Shown: piece by piece, positions 11,047 through 21,197 of the stretch
Position numbering within the stretch: the stretch's first letter is position 1
Layout of the letters: every line of letters starts with the position of its first letter
NCBI GenBank assembly: GCA_963828525.1
Contig: CAWHEP010000008.1
Location: 160,001-224,000 of the forward strand
Source of the DNA: an uncultured Verrucomicrobiae bacterium
GTDB taxonomy: Bacteria > Verrucomicrobiota > Verrucomicrobiia > Chthoniobacterales > Chthoniobacteraceae
Direction: 5' to 3'
DNA length: 64,000 bases
Position numbers and translations under genes: made by a program
The notes under the pieces: generated by a model
Told to the model about the DNA's origin: nothing
Databases searched by the model: none
Seen by the model: only the letters and a program-made list of their open reading frames with translations

Positions 11047-11592
11047 TCAGGCAACAGCCTTGGCGCATTCCCGATCCTCAGGATCCGTTTCACGAGGGAT
11101 CGAATCCTGGATCTTCGCCATAAGCCCGACAATTTGATCCTGTTCCGCCCTTGAGAGCGGCTTGATGATTTCAGATACGCAGGAAAAGTAACCGGGAAGC
11201 AGTTCTTTGACGCAGGCTTCGCCGCGAGGGGTGAGCCGGATATTAAGCGTCCTTCGATCCGCGGCATCGGCCGCTCTTGTGACCATGCCGTCCCTCTCGA
11301 GAGTATCAACCAAGCCGGTCATAGTCGCGCGTGAGACGTTCGATTCATCCGCGAGGGCGGCGGGAGTGCGCGCCTCCGGACAACCGCGATGCAGAAGCAT
11401 CAGCACAGTGAACCGCCCGTGGCTGATATTATACCTGGCCAGGTAGCGGGTTTCGGCTGCGATCACCGCGCCACTGGTGCGGACGAACTCCAGGAAAACG
11501 GCGAAGGCAGCGGGATCAAGCGTGGGAAACGCTTCAGCCGCCTTAAGGAGACAATGATACCGTGGAATATCCTCGAGAGTTTTTACAGACAT
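11047..11592 (-). CDS. MarR-family transcriptional regulator
   Basis: SRATMTGLVDTLERDG.V.R...DRR...LT..G winged-helix signature; first gene of the efflux operon. Confidence 0.9.
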   Translation of the reverse strand: MSVKTLEDIPRYHCLLKAAEAFPTLDPAAFAVFLEFVRTSGAVIAAETRYLARYNISHGRFTVLMLLHRGCPEARTPAALADESNVSRATMTGLVDTLERDGMVTRAADAADRRTLNIRLTPRGEACVKELLPGYFSCVSEIIKPLSRAEQDQIVGLMAKIQDSIPRETDPEDRECAKAVA

Positions 11593-11594
11593 CT

Positions 11595-11608
11595 GTTAGG
11601 ACGCTAAC
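11595..11608. promoter_or_regulatory. Putative MarR operator (GTTAG-N4-CTAAC)
   Basis: Perfect 5-bp inverted repeat 2 bp upstream of the marR start, in the divergent marR/GH127 intergenic region. Confidence 0.55.
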
Positions 11609-11669
11609 TATCGATCACCTTTTCGCTTGGTCAATTGCAAAGTTCTCTGACTCGTACATTGCTTTCCCG

Positions 11670-13637
11670 ATGAGGTACCTTGTTCTAACGCTCGCCGCGC
11701 TTACCTTTACGTCATGGGTCGCGCTCGGAGAGATTGCGGTTACTTCGCCAGCAGCGGCAATTGCCTCCGCAGGGAGGGCAGAACTAAAGGTCGATCCTTT
11801 TCCTTTAAGCGCCGTCCGCCTCCTCGATAGCCCGTTTAAAACGGCGCAGAATCTCGACAAGAGATTCCTGCTTGCCCTCGACCCCGACCGTCTTCTTCAC
11901 AACTTCCGGGTGACTGCGGCGATTGTCTCGAAGTCGAAACCTCTGGGCGGATGGGAGGATCCCAAGTGCGAATTGCGGGGACACAGCATGGGGCACTTCC
12001 TGTCGGCCTGCTCCCTGATGTACGCGAGCACGGGCGATGAGCTACTGAAAGACCGCGTGGACTATCTGGTGAGGGAGCTCTGGATGTGCCAGGAGGCGCT
12101 GCCCCGCCTCGGCTTCAACGCTGGTTTCCTCGCGGCCTTTCCCGAAACCTTCTTTGATCGCGTGGACCGGAGCGAAAAGGTGTGGGCGCCTTACTACACA
12201 CTGCACAAGATTATGGCTGGGCTGCTGGATGCTTACACCTATACTGGCAACCAGCAGGCACTGACGATTCTGACAGAGATGGCGACCTGGCTCCAGCGGA
12301 GGGTAGATCGCCTCCCCCATGGCCAGATGCAGGACGCCCTGAGAAATGAGCACGGCGGGATGAACGAAGTTCTCGCAAATCTCTACGCGGTCACTGGGAA
12401 CCCGGAACATCTTAATCTTGCCAAATCATTCAACCACGAGGCGGTGCTCCTGCCGCTCGCACAAGGAGATGACAAGCTGGACGGGCTGCATGCAAATACC
12501 CAAATTCCGAAGGTCATTGGCGCGGCGCGCGAGTATGAAATGACGGGAGACGAGCAGTTCAAACAGATGGCAAACTTCTTCTGGCAGACCGTTGCGACGC
12601 GTCGTTCTTATGTCATCGGCGGGGATAGCGACAGAGAGCATTTCTTTCCGGTTCTGGATTTCTGCAAACATCTGAGTCCGGACACCTGCGAGACGTGCAA
12701 CACCTATAACATGTTGAAGCTAACGAGGCATGTCTTCGAATGGGAACCCTCAGGGGACAAGATGGACTTCTACGAGCGGGCTCTATACAACCACATCCTT
12801 GCGTCGCAGGATCCCCAAACGGGGATGTTTGTTTACCTGATGTCGCTCAAGCCCGGGCATTTCAAAACGTATTCCACAGCAGAGAAGTCGTTCTGGTGTT
12901 GCGTGGGGACTGGCATGGAGAACCACGCAAAGTATGGCGACACGATCTACTTCCACAATGAAGACGCTATTTACGTGAACCTCTTCATTCCATCGGAGGT
13001 TGTGTGGAAGGAGAAGGCCGTCACCATCCGGCAGGACACGCTTTTTCCTGAAGAGGAAACAAGCCGGTTGCGCATAAGCTGCGCCGAGCCCGTCGAGATG
13101 GCCATCAAGATACGACATCCTGGATGGGTGAGAACCGGGATGACCGTCGACGTGAATGGATTGCCCGAGAAAGTAGAGGGGCGCGCCGGATCGTACCTCA
13201 CCGTCGAGAGGGAATGGCATGATGGAGACGTCGTGGATATCCGGACACCTATGGAATTGAGGCTGGAGGCGCTACCAGAAACGAAGGATACCTATGCGCT
13301 GCTGTATGGACCTGTGGTTCTTGCCGGAAAGATGGGAAACGAAGGCATGCCCAGCCCTTACGCGGAGCGGCAGACGCAGTTCGATTCCGTCCCCTCCCCC
13401 CAGGCGCCGAGTTTTGTTTGTGACCTCCAGGATTTCACCAGCCATATCGACCCCACTCCCGGGCATCCGCTTACATTCCGGAGCCGGGATATAGGAAAAC
13501 CGGAAGAAGTGACGTTCATCCCCTTCTACAGGATGCATCACCAGCGCTATAGCGTTTACTGGAAGATCTTCTCGCCGGAAGAGTGGAAAAGCATCGGGCC
13601 CGTGATGTCAACTCTCCCTCAGCATGGGCCGAACTGA
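11670..13637 (+). CDS. Glycoside hydrolase family 127/146 (beta-L-arabinofuranosidase-like), secreted
   Basis: GGWE...ELRGH..GHFLSA, WAPYYTLHK, EHGGMNE, HANTQIPK, ETCNTYNMLK, FWCCVGTG; signal peptide from ATG 11670. Confidence 0.88.
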   Translation: MRYLVLTLAALTFTSWVALGEIAVTSPAAAIASAGRAELKVDPFPLSAVRLLDSPFKTAQNLDKRFLLALDPDRLLHNFRVTAAIVSKSKPLGGWEDPKCELRGHSMGHFLSACSLMYASTGDELLKDRVDYLVRELWMCQEALPRLGFNAGFLAAFPETFFDRVDRSEKVWAPYYTLHKIMAGLLDAYTYTGNQQALTILTEMATWLQRRVDRLPHGQMQDALRNEHGGMNEVLANLYAVTGNPEHLNLAKSFNHEAVLLPLAQGDDKLDGLHANTQIPKVIGAAREYEMTGDEQFKQMANFFWQTVATRRSYVIGGDSDREHFFPVLDFCKHLSPDTCETCNTYNMLKLTRHVFEWEPSGDKMDFYERALYNHILASQDPQTGMFVYLMSLKPGHFKTYSTAEKSFWCCVGTGMENHAKYGDTIYFHNEDAIYVNLFIPSEVVWKEKAVTIRQDTLFPEEETSRLRISCAEPVEMAIKIRHPGWVRTGMTVDVNGLPEKVEGRAGSYLTVEREWHDGDVVDIRTPMELRLEALPETKDTYALLYGPVVLAGKMGNEGMPSPYAERQTQFDSVPSPQAPSFVCDLQDFTSHIDPTPGHPLTFRSRDIGKPEEVTFIPFYRMHHQRYSVYWKIFSPEEWKSIGPVMSTLPQHGPN

Positions 13638-13655
13638 TATGGAAGAACAAGACTC

Positions 13656-15173
13656 GTGAATACCCTGAAGACACACCTCGTCTTTGCGCTCATGGCGACG
13701 GCGCTGTTTTTCTTTGCGGTGAGCCGTCTGAAGAAGGATAATTTCACATTCGATACCGTGGTTTCAGAGGCGCGCCAGGCTGCCGCCCGGCCATACAAGA
13801 TTCCCGTCTCACCTCTTCCAGAGTTTCTCAGGAAGCTGACTTACGACCAGTATCGGGATATCCGCTTCAAGGAGAGTGAAAGTCTCTGGCGCAAGGAGGG
13901 TCTTCCGTTCCAGGTAAAATTTTTCCAGACGGGCGGAGGTAATGATATCCCCATCTCTGTTTACGAGATCAACCGAACCTCGATGAGGCAGGTGGATTAC
14001 TCTGCTTCATCGTTCGACTGGGGAAAAAACCATTTTGACAAGCCCGTGCCGCCGGATGCGGGTTATGCCGGGTTCCGGATCCACTATCCCATAAATCGAA
14101 GTGATTACCTGGATGAGGTGGCTGTGTTTCTGGGGGCCAGCTACTTCCGCGCGGTCGCGCAGAAGCAAGTCTATGGGTTGTCGGCCCGCGGCTTGGCCAT
14201 CGATACGGTCGCGCGCCGAACTGAGGAATTCCCGGTCTTCACGAAGTTTTGGCTTCGCCAGCCGGAGCGGGACAGCCGCGCCCTGGAATTTTACGCGCTT
14301 TTGGAGGGCAAGAGCGTGACAGGGGCGTACGCGTTCGAGGTTATTCCCGGCGCGGAAACGATCATAAAGGTCAAGGCTACTTTGTTTTTCCGGAAGAAGG
14401 TGGAGCAACTGGGAATGGCGCCTCTGACGAGCATGTTTTGGTATGGGGAGAACACGAGCAACACATTTGGGGACTTCAGACCGGAGGTGCATGATTCTGA
14501 TGGCCTCCTCATGAATACCGGCAAGGACGAATGGATCTGGCGTCCTCTCTCCTGGGGAAAGGAGATGCAGGTAAACACATTCGAAGATGAGCACCCGAAA
14601 GGATTTGGCCTGCTGCAGAGGGATCGCGATTTTAGCCACTACCAAGACCTGGAGGCGAAGTATCACATGCGCCCAAGCGCGTGGGTGCGTCCCGGTGGCG
14701 ACTGGGGAAAAGGTCATGTATTCCTTCTTCAGCTCCCGGCGAATAAGGAATACGCGGACAACGTCGTGGCGTTCTGGACTCCCGAAAAGCCGCCACCTCC
14801 CGGAGGCTCGATGGAGCTGAACTATGAAATCTCATTCTTTACGGAGAATCGGGCGCTCCCTCCCATTGGCCGATGCACTTCCACCCGCATCGACTACCAG
14901 GAAGCGCAATACTACCGGCAGATGTTCCTGGACTTCGGAGGGGAGAAACTAAACGGCCTCAAGGCAGATAGCGCGGTCACCGCGGATGTCGGATGTAGTT
15001 CGCCTGGGATGATCTCGGAGGTAAAGGTACGCAAGAATGAGTTTGATAACTCGTGGCGAGCAACGTTTTTTGTCCGCACGAAAGTCAGGAAGTCACCCAT
15101 CGAGTTGCACTGCGTTCTTCTCCTCAAGGGAGAGCCATTGACTGAGAAGTGGACCTACACATGGACGCCCTGA
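13656..15173 (+). CDS. opgG: Periplasmic glucan biosynthesis protein G/D family
   Basis: LTYDQYRDIRF, FLGASYFRA, YGLSARGLAID, EEFP.F, DFRPEVHDSDGL, GFGLLQRDR.F. Confidence 0.92.
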   Translation: MNTLKTHLVFALMATALFFFAVSRLKKDNFTFDTVVSEARQAAARPYKIPVSPLPEFLRKLTYDQYRDIRFKESESLWRKEGLPFQVKFFQTGGGNDIPISVYEINRTSMRQVDYSASSFDWGKNHFDKPVPPDAGYAGFRIHYPINRSDYLDEVAVFLGASYFRAVAQKQVYGLSARGLAIDTVARRTEEFPVFTKFWLRQPERDSRALEFYALLEGKSVTGAYAFEVIPGAETIIKVKATLFFRKKVEQLGMAPLTSMFWYGENTSNTFGDFRPEVHDSDGLLMNTGKDEWIWRPLSWGKEMQVNTFEDEHPKGFGLLQRDRDFSHYQDLEAKYHMRPSAWVRPGGDWGKGHVFLLQLPANKEYADNVVAFWTPEKPPPPGGSMELNYEISFFTENRALPPIGRCTSTRIDYQEAQYYRQMFLDFGGEKLNGLKADSAVTADVGCSSPGMISEVKVRKNEFDNSWRATFFVRTKVRKSPIELHCVLLLKGEPLTEKWTYTWTP

Positions 15174-15724
15174 GCATCAACACGCGGACAAGGGGCTGCG
15201 TGGAAGAATGGAACGACGCGCATCTCCGACTGGAAAGCTACCTGCGCGCCTATCGCCTGGGCGACAAGTGGCACGAGCACGAACTTGTGAGAGCTATCAT
15301 GCTGCAGGCCGTTGGCAGGAAGGAGCTGTCCCCCGAGCGCGACGCCACAACAATCACGCTCGAAACCGCAATTGAGATGACCGATCAATGGTTCAGTCTC
15401 GTCATGCGCGACGCGGGTGAGCGCGCTTCGGCGGAAGGGCGCGTGCACCTTTTGCTAACCGACGCGGGCAGAGAGTGGAGAGACGCGTTCCTCTCCAGCG
15501 ATCCTCCCGTAGAATTCATCCGCGCGATCAACGACGTCTCAGTGAGCCTGGGACCCGACATGCATAAGTCCCGCATGAACGCGCAGCAAATGGACTATGG
15601 GACTTTCGAAAGAATCGCCAGAGGCGCGTTCGAACAATTTGAGTGGGGGCCGGTGCTGCGAGCATTCGTGATCTGGCTCGTGATCTTCCTCGCGGCGTTC
15701 ACGTGGTATCGGCACGTCTCATGA
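15161..15724 (+). CDS. Hypothetical protein with C-terminal transmembrane helix, between opgG and opgH
   Basis: Overlaps both neighbours (translational coupling); hydrophobic C-terminus. Confidence 0.65.
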   Translation: MDALSINTRTRGCVEEWNDAHLRLESYLRAYRLGDKWHEHELVRAIMLQAVGRKELSPERDATTITLETAIEMTDQWFSLVMRDAGERASAEGRVHLLLTDAGREWRDAFLSSDPPVEFIRAINDVSVSLGPDMHKSRMNAQQMDYGTFERIARGAFEQFEWGPVLRAFVIWLVIFLAAFTWYRHVS

Positions 15725-17811
15725 AAGTTCTGAAGCTTTCAGAAATCCGCACGGATCAGGTTGCCTTGCGGCGCGCTCTTTTCTTCGCGGCGGTCGCCGT
15801 AATAACATTCATCGCAACCACACTGATGGCTGACGCGCTGCGGATTGAGTTTTTGTCCTGGCTGGACTTTATACTCCTCGGTGTCTTCGTTTTGCTTTCC
15901 TCGCAGATCGCGGCCGGCTTTTGCCTGGGCCTATTCGGTTTCTTTGAAACACTGCGCCCGGAAGGCGACCCGTATCGGATCAGCAACACGATACGAGAGG
16001 AGGAATCCATCCCCCTCGCCCGGACGGCAATCGTGATGCCCGTGTTCAACGAGGATATCGCGCGGGTGCTGCAGGGGGTAGAGAACATGTTCCTTTCCGT
16101 GGAATCAACTGGCGAGGCTGACCTGTTTGATTTCTTCATTCTCAGCGATTCCGACAAGCCAGACTGCTGGTTGAAGGAGGAATGGGAATGGGTGCGACTT
16201 TGCAAAAAACTCAATGCGTTCGGCAGGATCTTCTATCGGAAGCGTCGAGTTCCCGTGCATGGCAAGAGCGGCAACGTGGCGGATTTCTGCCGCCGCTGGG
16301 GCCGGAAGTATCGGTATATGATCGTCCTGGACGCGGACAGCATCATGGCGGGGAGCATCTTTGTGCGTCTCGTCCGGATGATGGAGAGAAACCCTGAGGT
16401 CGGCATTATCCAGACCGCGCCCTATTTAGTCAGGGGAGTGTCTCTTTTCCGCCGAGTGGTGCAGTTCACGCATCGGATGTGCGGCCCGGTGTTGGCCGCA
16501 GGCTCCAACTACTGGCACCTTGGAACGGGCAATTATTGGGGACACAACGCCATCATACGGCTCGAGCCGTTTATGAACTCTTGCGACCTGCCTGATCTGC
16601 CCGGCCCAGCCGGCACTCGTCTTCACATCATGAGCCACGACACGGTGGAGGCTGCCTTGATGCGGAGGGCAGGATATGACGTTTGGTTCGCCTACGATGA
16701 GCCGGGTTCCTATGAGGAAGGACCCCCGAATCTCACTGAGAGTCTGAAGCGGGATCGCCGCTGGTGCCAGGGTAATCTCCAGCACTTCTGGTTCCTGTTT
16801 GCCCGCAACATCAATTTCTCCAACCGCCTGCACATCTATTTTGGCCTCATGTCTTACCTTGGGTCGCCTCTGTGGCTCCTGTTTCTGGTTCTGAGCGCCC
16901 TGAACTTTCATGAAAAAGCGCGTTTCGCTTTCCTCTCATCGATGGACGAGAGCATCCGGAGCGAACACTCCGCGAAAGTTCTGCTTGTCCTGACGTTGAC
17001 ACTGCTGTTCCTGCCAAAGTTCCTCGGACTGGCGGCGACGCTCCGAAGATCGCGCGAATTTGGCGGGGTCATAAAGCTGTTCGCGAGCGCTTTGCTTGAA
17101 ACTCTTCTTTCGGTGCTCGCGGCGCCCATCCTGATGCTTTTTCACACGCGCTTTGTCGTGATGACAATGCTGGGGATGCGGATGGCGTGGAAGACGCAGA
17201 ATCGATCTGACGAGGTCGGCCTGAGTTGGGCTGAAGCGGCACAAACGTACGCCTGGGTCACCCTTACCGGACTGATTGCAGGCGCCGCCGTTTCCTGGTT
17301 CCTCCCGTCTTTTTTGCCATGGCTCATCCCCGTGCTTGCCGGATGGGTGCTATCCGTCCCGTTCGCATATTTTACCAGCCTTGATCGAGTCGGTCGCTGG
17401 ATGCTCCGGCATCGGTTTTTTATGATACCTGAGGAAACGAATCCCCCGGCTGAATTCAGCGGATTGGATCACCCATCTTCGAATGTGACTGGCGCGATCT
17501 TTGACGAGGCTCAGCACGACGGCCTTCGCCTCGCCGTGCTGGATCCCTACGTCAACGCGGTGCATGTGTCGTTGCTGCGTCCCCGGCCACTCAAGAAACA
17601 GCATGCGCGGGAGTATATGAAACGCCTGCAGACCACGTTAATCACAGGCGGGCCAGATAAACTCACCACCCGGGAGCGTGTCGCGCTGCTCTCCGATGCC
17701 GAGTCGCTGGCGCAGTTGCACAAGTCTCTCTGGTCGCAACCCGCTCAGGAGATGAATGGATGGTGGCGGGACGCCATGCGCAAGTACTCGCGGCAGGTTG
17801 TGGATGAATGA
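15721..17811 (+). CDS. opgH: Glucans biosynthesis glucosyltransferase H (GT2)
   Basis: TAIVMPVFNED, FILSDS, KSGNVADFCRRWG, VLDADS, NYWGHNAIIR, SHDTVEA, RDRRWCQGNLQH. Confidence 0.94.
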   Translation: MKVLKLSEIRTDQVALRRALFFAAVAVITFIATTLMADALRIEFLSWLDFILLGVFVLLSSQIAAGFCLGLFGFFETLRPEGDPYRISNTIREEESIPLARTAIVMPVFNEDIARVLQGVENMFLSVESTGEADLFDFFILSDSDKPDCWLKEEWEWVRLCKKLNAFGRIFYRKRRVPVHGKSGNVADFCRRWGRKYRYMIVLDADSIMAGSIFVRLVRMMERNPEVGIIQTAPYLVRGVSLFRRVVQFTHRMCGPVLAAGSNYWHLGTGNYWGHNAIIRLEPFMNSCDLPDLPGPAGTRLHIMSHDTVEAALMRRAGYDVWFAYDEPGSYEEGPPNLTESLKRDRRWCQGNLQHFWFLFARNINFSNRLHIYFGLMSYLGSPLWLLFLVLSALNFHEKARFAFLSSMDESIRSEHSAKVLLVLTLTLLFLPKFLGLAATLRRSREFGGVIKLFASALLETLLSVLAAPILMLFHTRFVVMTMLGMRMAWKTQNRSDEVGLSWAEAAQTYAWVTLTGLIAGAAVSWFLPSFLPWLIPVLAGWVLSVPFAYFTSLDRVGRWMLRHRFFMIPEETNPPAEFSGLDHPSSNVTGAIFDEAQHDGLRLAVLDPYVNAVHVSLLRPRPLKKQHAREYMKRLQTTLITGGPDKLTTRERVALLSDAESLAQLHKSLWSQPAQEMNGWWRDAMRKYSRQVVDE

Positions 17812-17856
17812 AAGCCGGTTGCTTTCCGTCCCAGAAGAGGTCGAGCTCCTCATCAC

Positions 17857-20800
17857 TCAAACGCCTGCAACGATATCGCGTGAATGGAATCGTTCCCAGT
17901 CACCTCCCTCGCAACAGACCTCGAGTTCCAGGCGAGAGTGGCCTTGCGGGAACACAACGGGAATTCGGAACCCGCTAAATTCCGCGCCGGGCGCGTCGCC
18001 CATCGCCTTGGCAACATCGGCCCGGAACAGGCCGAATGTTGCTTCGAACACCTTTTCTCCCACCCGGGCGCGCACTCCTTCAACCTTCGTGCCGCTGGAA
18101 ACGCAACACCATCCCTCCACGCGCGCCTCGCGGGATGCGCTGATGGGATCGGGCGAGGATTCGATGGAGTAAAGCACCTTTCTTTGAACGCGCTGTTCAG
18201 GAGCGCTCCCGTTTAGTCTCTTCCTCAGATGCGATTCCATCTTCCGCCAGGGTGTAACTGCTTTCCATGTCACGCTGCGCTTGATCGAGTCGAGTTCCTT
18301 CTTTTTTAAGTCCAATTTGTGCCTTGTCTCGCGCATCCGGGAACGAACTTGAGCCAATTCACCATTACTCGCCTCGATGAGCAGCTTGAGCGCGGCGGCT
18401 TCGGCGATCGCCCTCGTTTCCTGCCTTTTTGCGTTCCGAGCTTCTTGTCCCATCTGTTCGCAGCGTTCATCCTGCATGCGCTTCTCCTCCCGCGCGAGAT
18501 CGCGCTCGCGCTCCAAACGCGCCAGATCAGCGCCGAGCTTGTGGGTATGGGTCACCATCTCCTCGAATAAAGCCGAAACGCGCGTCAACTCCGTTTCCAA
18601 TTCATCTTTCTCCCGGTCCACGGAAGCCTTGATCCTCACATCGCGCGCCGTCTCTTCGGGCCGCTCGGACAAAGCCTGACGAATGGCTGAGATGTCATCC
18701 GTGATCTTTAAGAAGATCTCCACGCAAAGCGGCTTCTCCTGAGCGTCTGCGGGAAGACGAAATTTCAGAACAGGAGCATCTCCACATATAAGGACACGGA
18801 AGACACGAGAGCGCGGAATATGCGCCGCAGTCCCTGCGACACCAAAGTCCCCGATAGCCCTTGAGGGTAGAGACCATGAAACCCGGCGCGAACGGGCATC
18901 TCGCGCGCATACTCCCGCAACATCCACAATGCCAATGATGCCGGGCAACTCCAGGATGAACATCCCCTTCACGCCGGAAGGCGCCTCAAAGCGAAGACGC
19001 TGCCATTTCCGCGAAGCGCATCCGGCTTTGCCGACCAGCGACCCGGATTCATTGTACCCGCGAGCCTCAGCCGCCTGACGCAAGGGTTTTCTATTTAGAC
19101 GTTCCTTGAGGAGTGTTGTTTCGAACTCAGAGGCCAGCTTCCATAGCTCCGCAGTCTCAGAGTCAAATCGCGTCTGTACCTCTCGAACGGATGCCGCAGC
19201 CCGGGCTGCCTGCGCTTCAGCTTCCCGCAGGCGCGTATTCACCTCTTGACACGCCCTTCGAATCGCGGATGGCGAATCATCCGCGCGAAGCCAGATTTCC
19301 AGTGTTACGGAGCCGTTGAACTCCGGGGCGTCGAGCTTCGGAAGTTTTACGCGCGGATCGTCAGCGAAATTAACCAGCTTTAGGAGGCGCGGATGCGGAA
19401 CCTCATAGAGAGTTCCCTCCAGTGTTACCCCGCGCAGCCTCGGCATGGCCCGCGCTCGCCACATTATCCTCCCCGTAGTTGAAGATCGGACCGTGATGGC
19501 GGCGATCTCAACCACTCCTGGGGCCCGGGAGAGTTTGATACCGATTCGCCGTTTAGCGATTCCATCAGGGATGCAAAAGCAAGCCTTTCGCCAGGACCGA
19601 AAAGGAATGTGATTCTGGAAACCGGGGCATTCAACATCGCGCCCCTCCTCCAATACGAGCAACTCCACTGGATTATCACTCGGCAAAGGCGGGAACGCAT
19701 GACTAACGTCCACTTTCTTCTTCCGCGAGCTCTCACCTCCCATTGCCGCGCGGATCACATCGAGTGACGTGTCGATCTTAATCCACGCTTCGAGGGCGAT
19801 AGGCTGCTCAAATTCTTCGCCTTCAAACTTCCCAAGGAGTATCTGTGGGTCGTTCCCGACGTTTAGTATCCTTAAGAGTCTCTCATGTGGCAGCGGCAAA
19901 GCCGTGCCGGCCACTACAAGCTTTTCCAACGCATCACGATCGCGCGAGCGCCACAGGATCCTTCCGGTTTCGAGCGCTCGCATCGTGATGCCGGCTATCT
20001 CGATAAGGCCGGGATCAGATGAGGGATCAAGGCGCAAGACATTGTTCCTGACCCCTGGATCCAATTCAAAACGAACTCTGTTCCACGCTCCGAAATCGCA
20101 TGTCGCATTTAAGGACATCTCCTCCCTAAACGCCTCGTTTTCCGAAAAGAAGAGCATGGCAAGATTTCGCCCTTTTGGCGAACGGAGCGCAGCCGTCTCT
20201 CCAACTTCGAGCAAGTCATCACCCCCCAACCCTTTGGACTCGATTTGCGCGATCCTTCTGTCTTTTTCCGCGATTATGGCCTTCAGCTTGTCAACCTCGG
20301 GCCAAAGAAGCTCGTGCTCCATGGCGCCGACATCAATCTGCTTCATTGTTCCAGCCTTAGGCAAAGGATTGACATGTCCAGCTTCTGGGTCAATCCATCC
20401 TGCTTCTTCACACATGCTCTCGTAGAGCATGATGATGTCCTGCGCCACACAAACATCAGTTAACTTTCGCATTCCGGTTCGGTGATGGCGAAGGTCTTCT
20501 TTCACATACCCGGCGGCGATTCCCACCTCCTGCGTCGAAGGAGCCAGACCTAAAAAATCCGCGAGCCTTTGTATCTCCTCAATCGGATGCGCGATCATCT
20601 GCTCATAGTGCGTCACGATCCGCTGCTCCTGACCTACGGATTCGAGCAAACGCTCATTATAGGTTTTCCACAGCGTCAGACCCAATGCATAGGACATGGA
20701 TCCGCGATGGCGGAGCGAGATCGCCACCTCCACAGGGTTCCTAAGGCAAATACAAACGCGACACTCTGGAAGCAGATCAAGCCAGAATGGCATCAGCAAG

Positions 20801-21138
20801 CTTGATCGGGGGTCCTTCCAACCCCACGGTTGCCTTGGACGCATATCCTCTATGAAAGCGCGCGCCCGGCTCAAGGGACGGCTTCCAGAGACGCGCTCGC
20901 GCCAATCATTCGGAAGCGGAGGAGGATTATCCCATCCTCCACCGAACTCGTTCAGAAGAGTCTCGTTCACGGTGACCGCAGAGCCATGCTCCCAATGTCC
21001 ATCCTGATTCCCTGAGTTCGCGGGAATAAGCTCCTCCTCGCGCCCCGGATACAAACCGCACGCGAAAAGGAGCCTCGCTGTCATCGAGGTTCCCGAGCGG
21101 TGCATCCCCGTGATGCACACGGGCGGCAGTTCGATCAT
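17857..21138 (-). CDS. Sulfotransferase-domain protein with three internal repeats and a coiled coil
   Basis: N-terminal GMHRSGTS PAPS-binding loop, WGWKDPR, RNP.EVA.SL; repeats and coiled coil are described in findings. Confidence 0.8.
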   Translation of the reverse strand: MIELPPVCITGMHRSGTSMTARLLFACGLYPGREEELIPANSGNQDGHWEHGSAVTVNETLLNEFGGGWDNPPPLPNDWRERVSGSRPLSRARAFIEDMRPRQPWGWKDPRSSLLMPFWLDLLPECRVCICLRNPVEVAISLRHRGSMSYALGLTLWKTYNERLLESVGQEQRIVTHYEQMIAHPIEEIQRLADFLGLAPSTQEVGIAAGYVKEDLRHHRTGMRKLTDVCVAQDIIMLYESMCEEAGWIDPEAGHVNPLPKAGTMKQIDVGAMEHELLWPEVDKLKAIIAEKDRRIAQIESKGLGGDDLLEVGETAALRSPKGRNLAMLFFSENEAFREEMSLNATCDFGAWNRVRFELDPGVRNNVLRLDPSSDPGLIEIAGITMRALETGRILWRSRDRDALEKLVVAGTALPLPHERLLRILNVGNDPQILLGKFEGEEFEQPIALEAWIKIDTSLDVIRAAMGGESSRKKKVDVSHAFPPLPSDNPVELLVLEEGRDVECPGFQNHIPFRSWRKACFCIPDGIAKRRIGIKLSRAPGVVEIAAITVRSSTTGRIMWRARAMPRLRGVTLEGTLYEVPHPRLLKLVNFADDPRVKLPKLDAPEFNGSVTLEIWLRADDSPSAIRRACQEVNTRLREAEAQAARAAASVREVQTRFDSETAELWKLASEFETTLLKERLNRKPLRQAAEARGYNESGSLVGKAGCASRKWQRLRFEAPSGVKGMFILELPGIIGIVDVAGVCARDARSRRVSWSLPSRAIGDFGVAGTAAHIPRSRVFRVLICGDAPVLKFRLPADAQEKPLCVEIFLKITDDISAIRQALSERPEETARDVRIKASVDREKDELETELTRVSALFEEMVTHTHKLGADLARLERERDLAREEKRMQDERCEQMGQEARNAKRQETRAIAEAAALKLLIEASNGELAQVRSRMRETRHKLDLKKKELDSIKRSVTWKAVTPWRKMESHLRKRLNGSAPEQRVQRKVLYSIESSPDPISASREARVEGWCCVSSGTKVEGVRARVGEKVFEATFGLFRADVAKAMGDAPGAEFSGFRIPVVFPQGHSRLELEVCCEGGDWERFHSRDIVAGV

Positions 21139-21197
21139 TTCCCGGACAGTGCGGGATGCAGCCCCGCGTTGTCAATGGCGACCGAGCCACAACAAAG

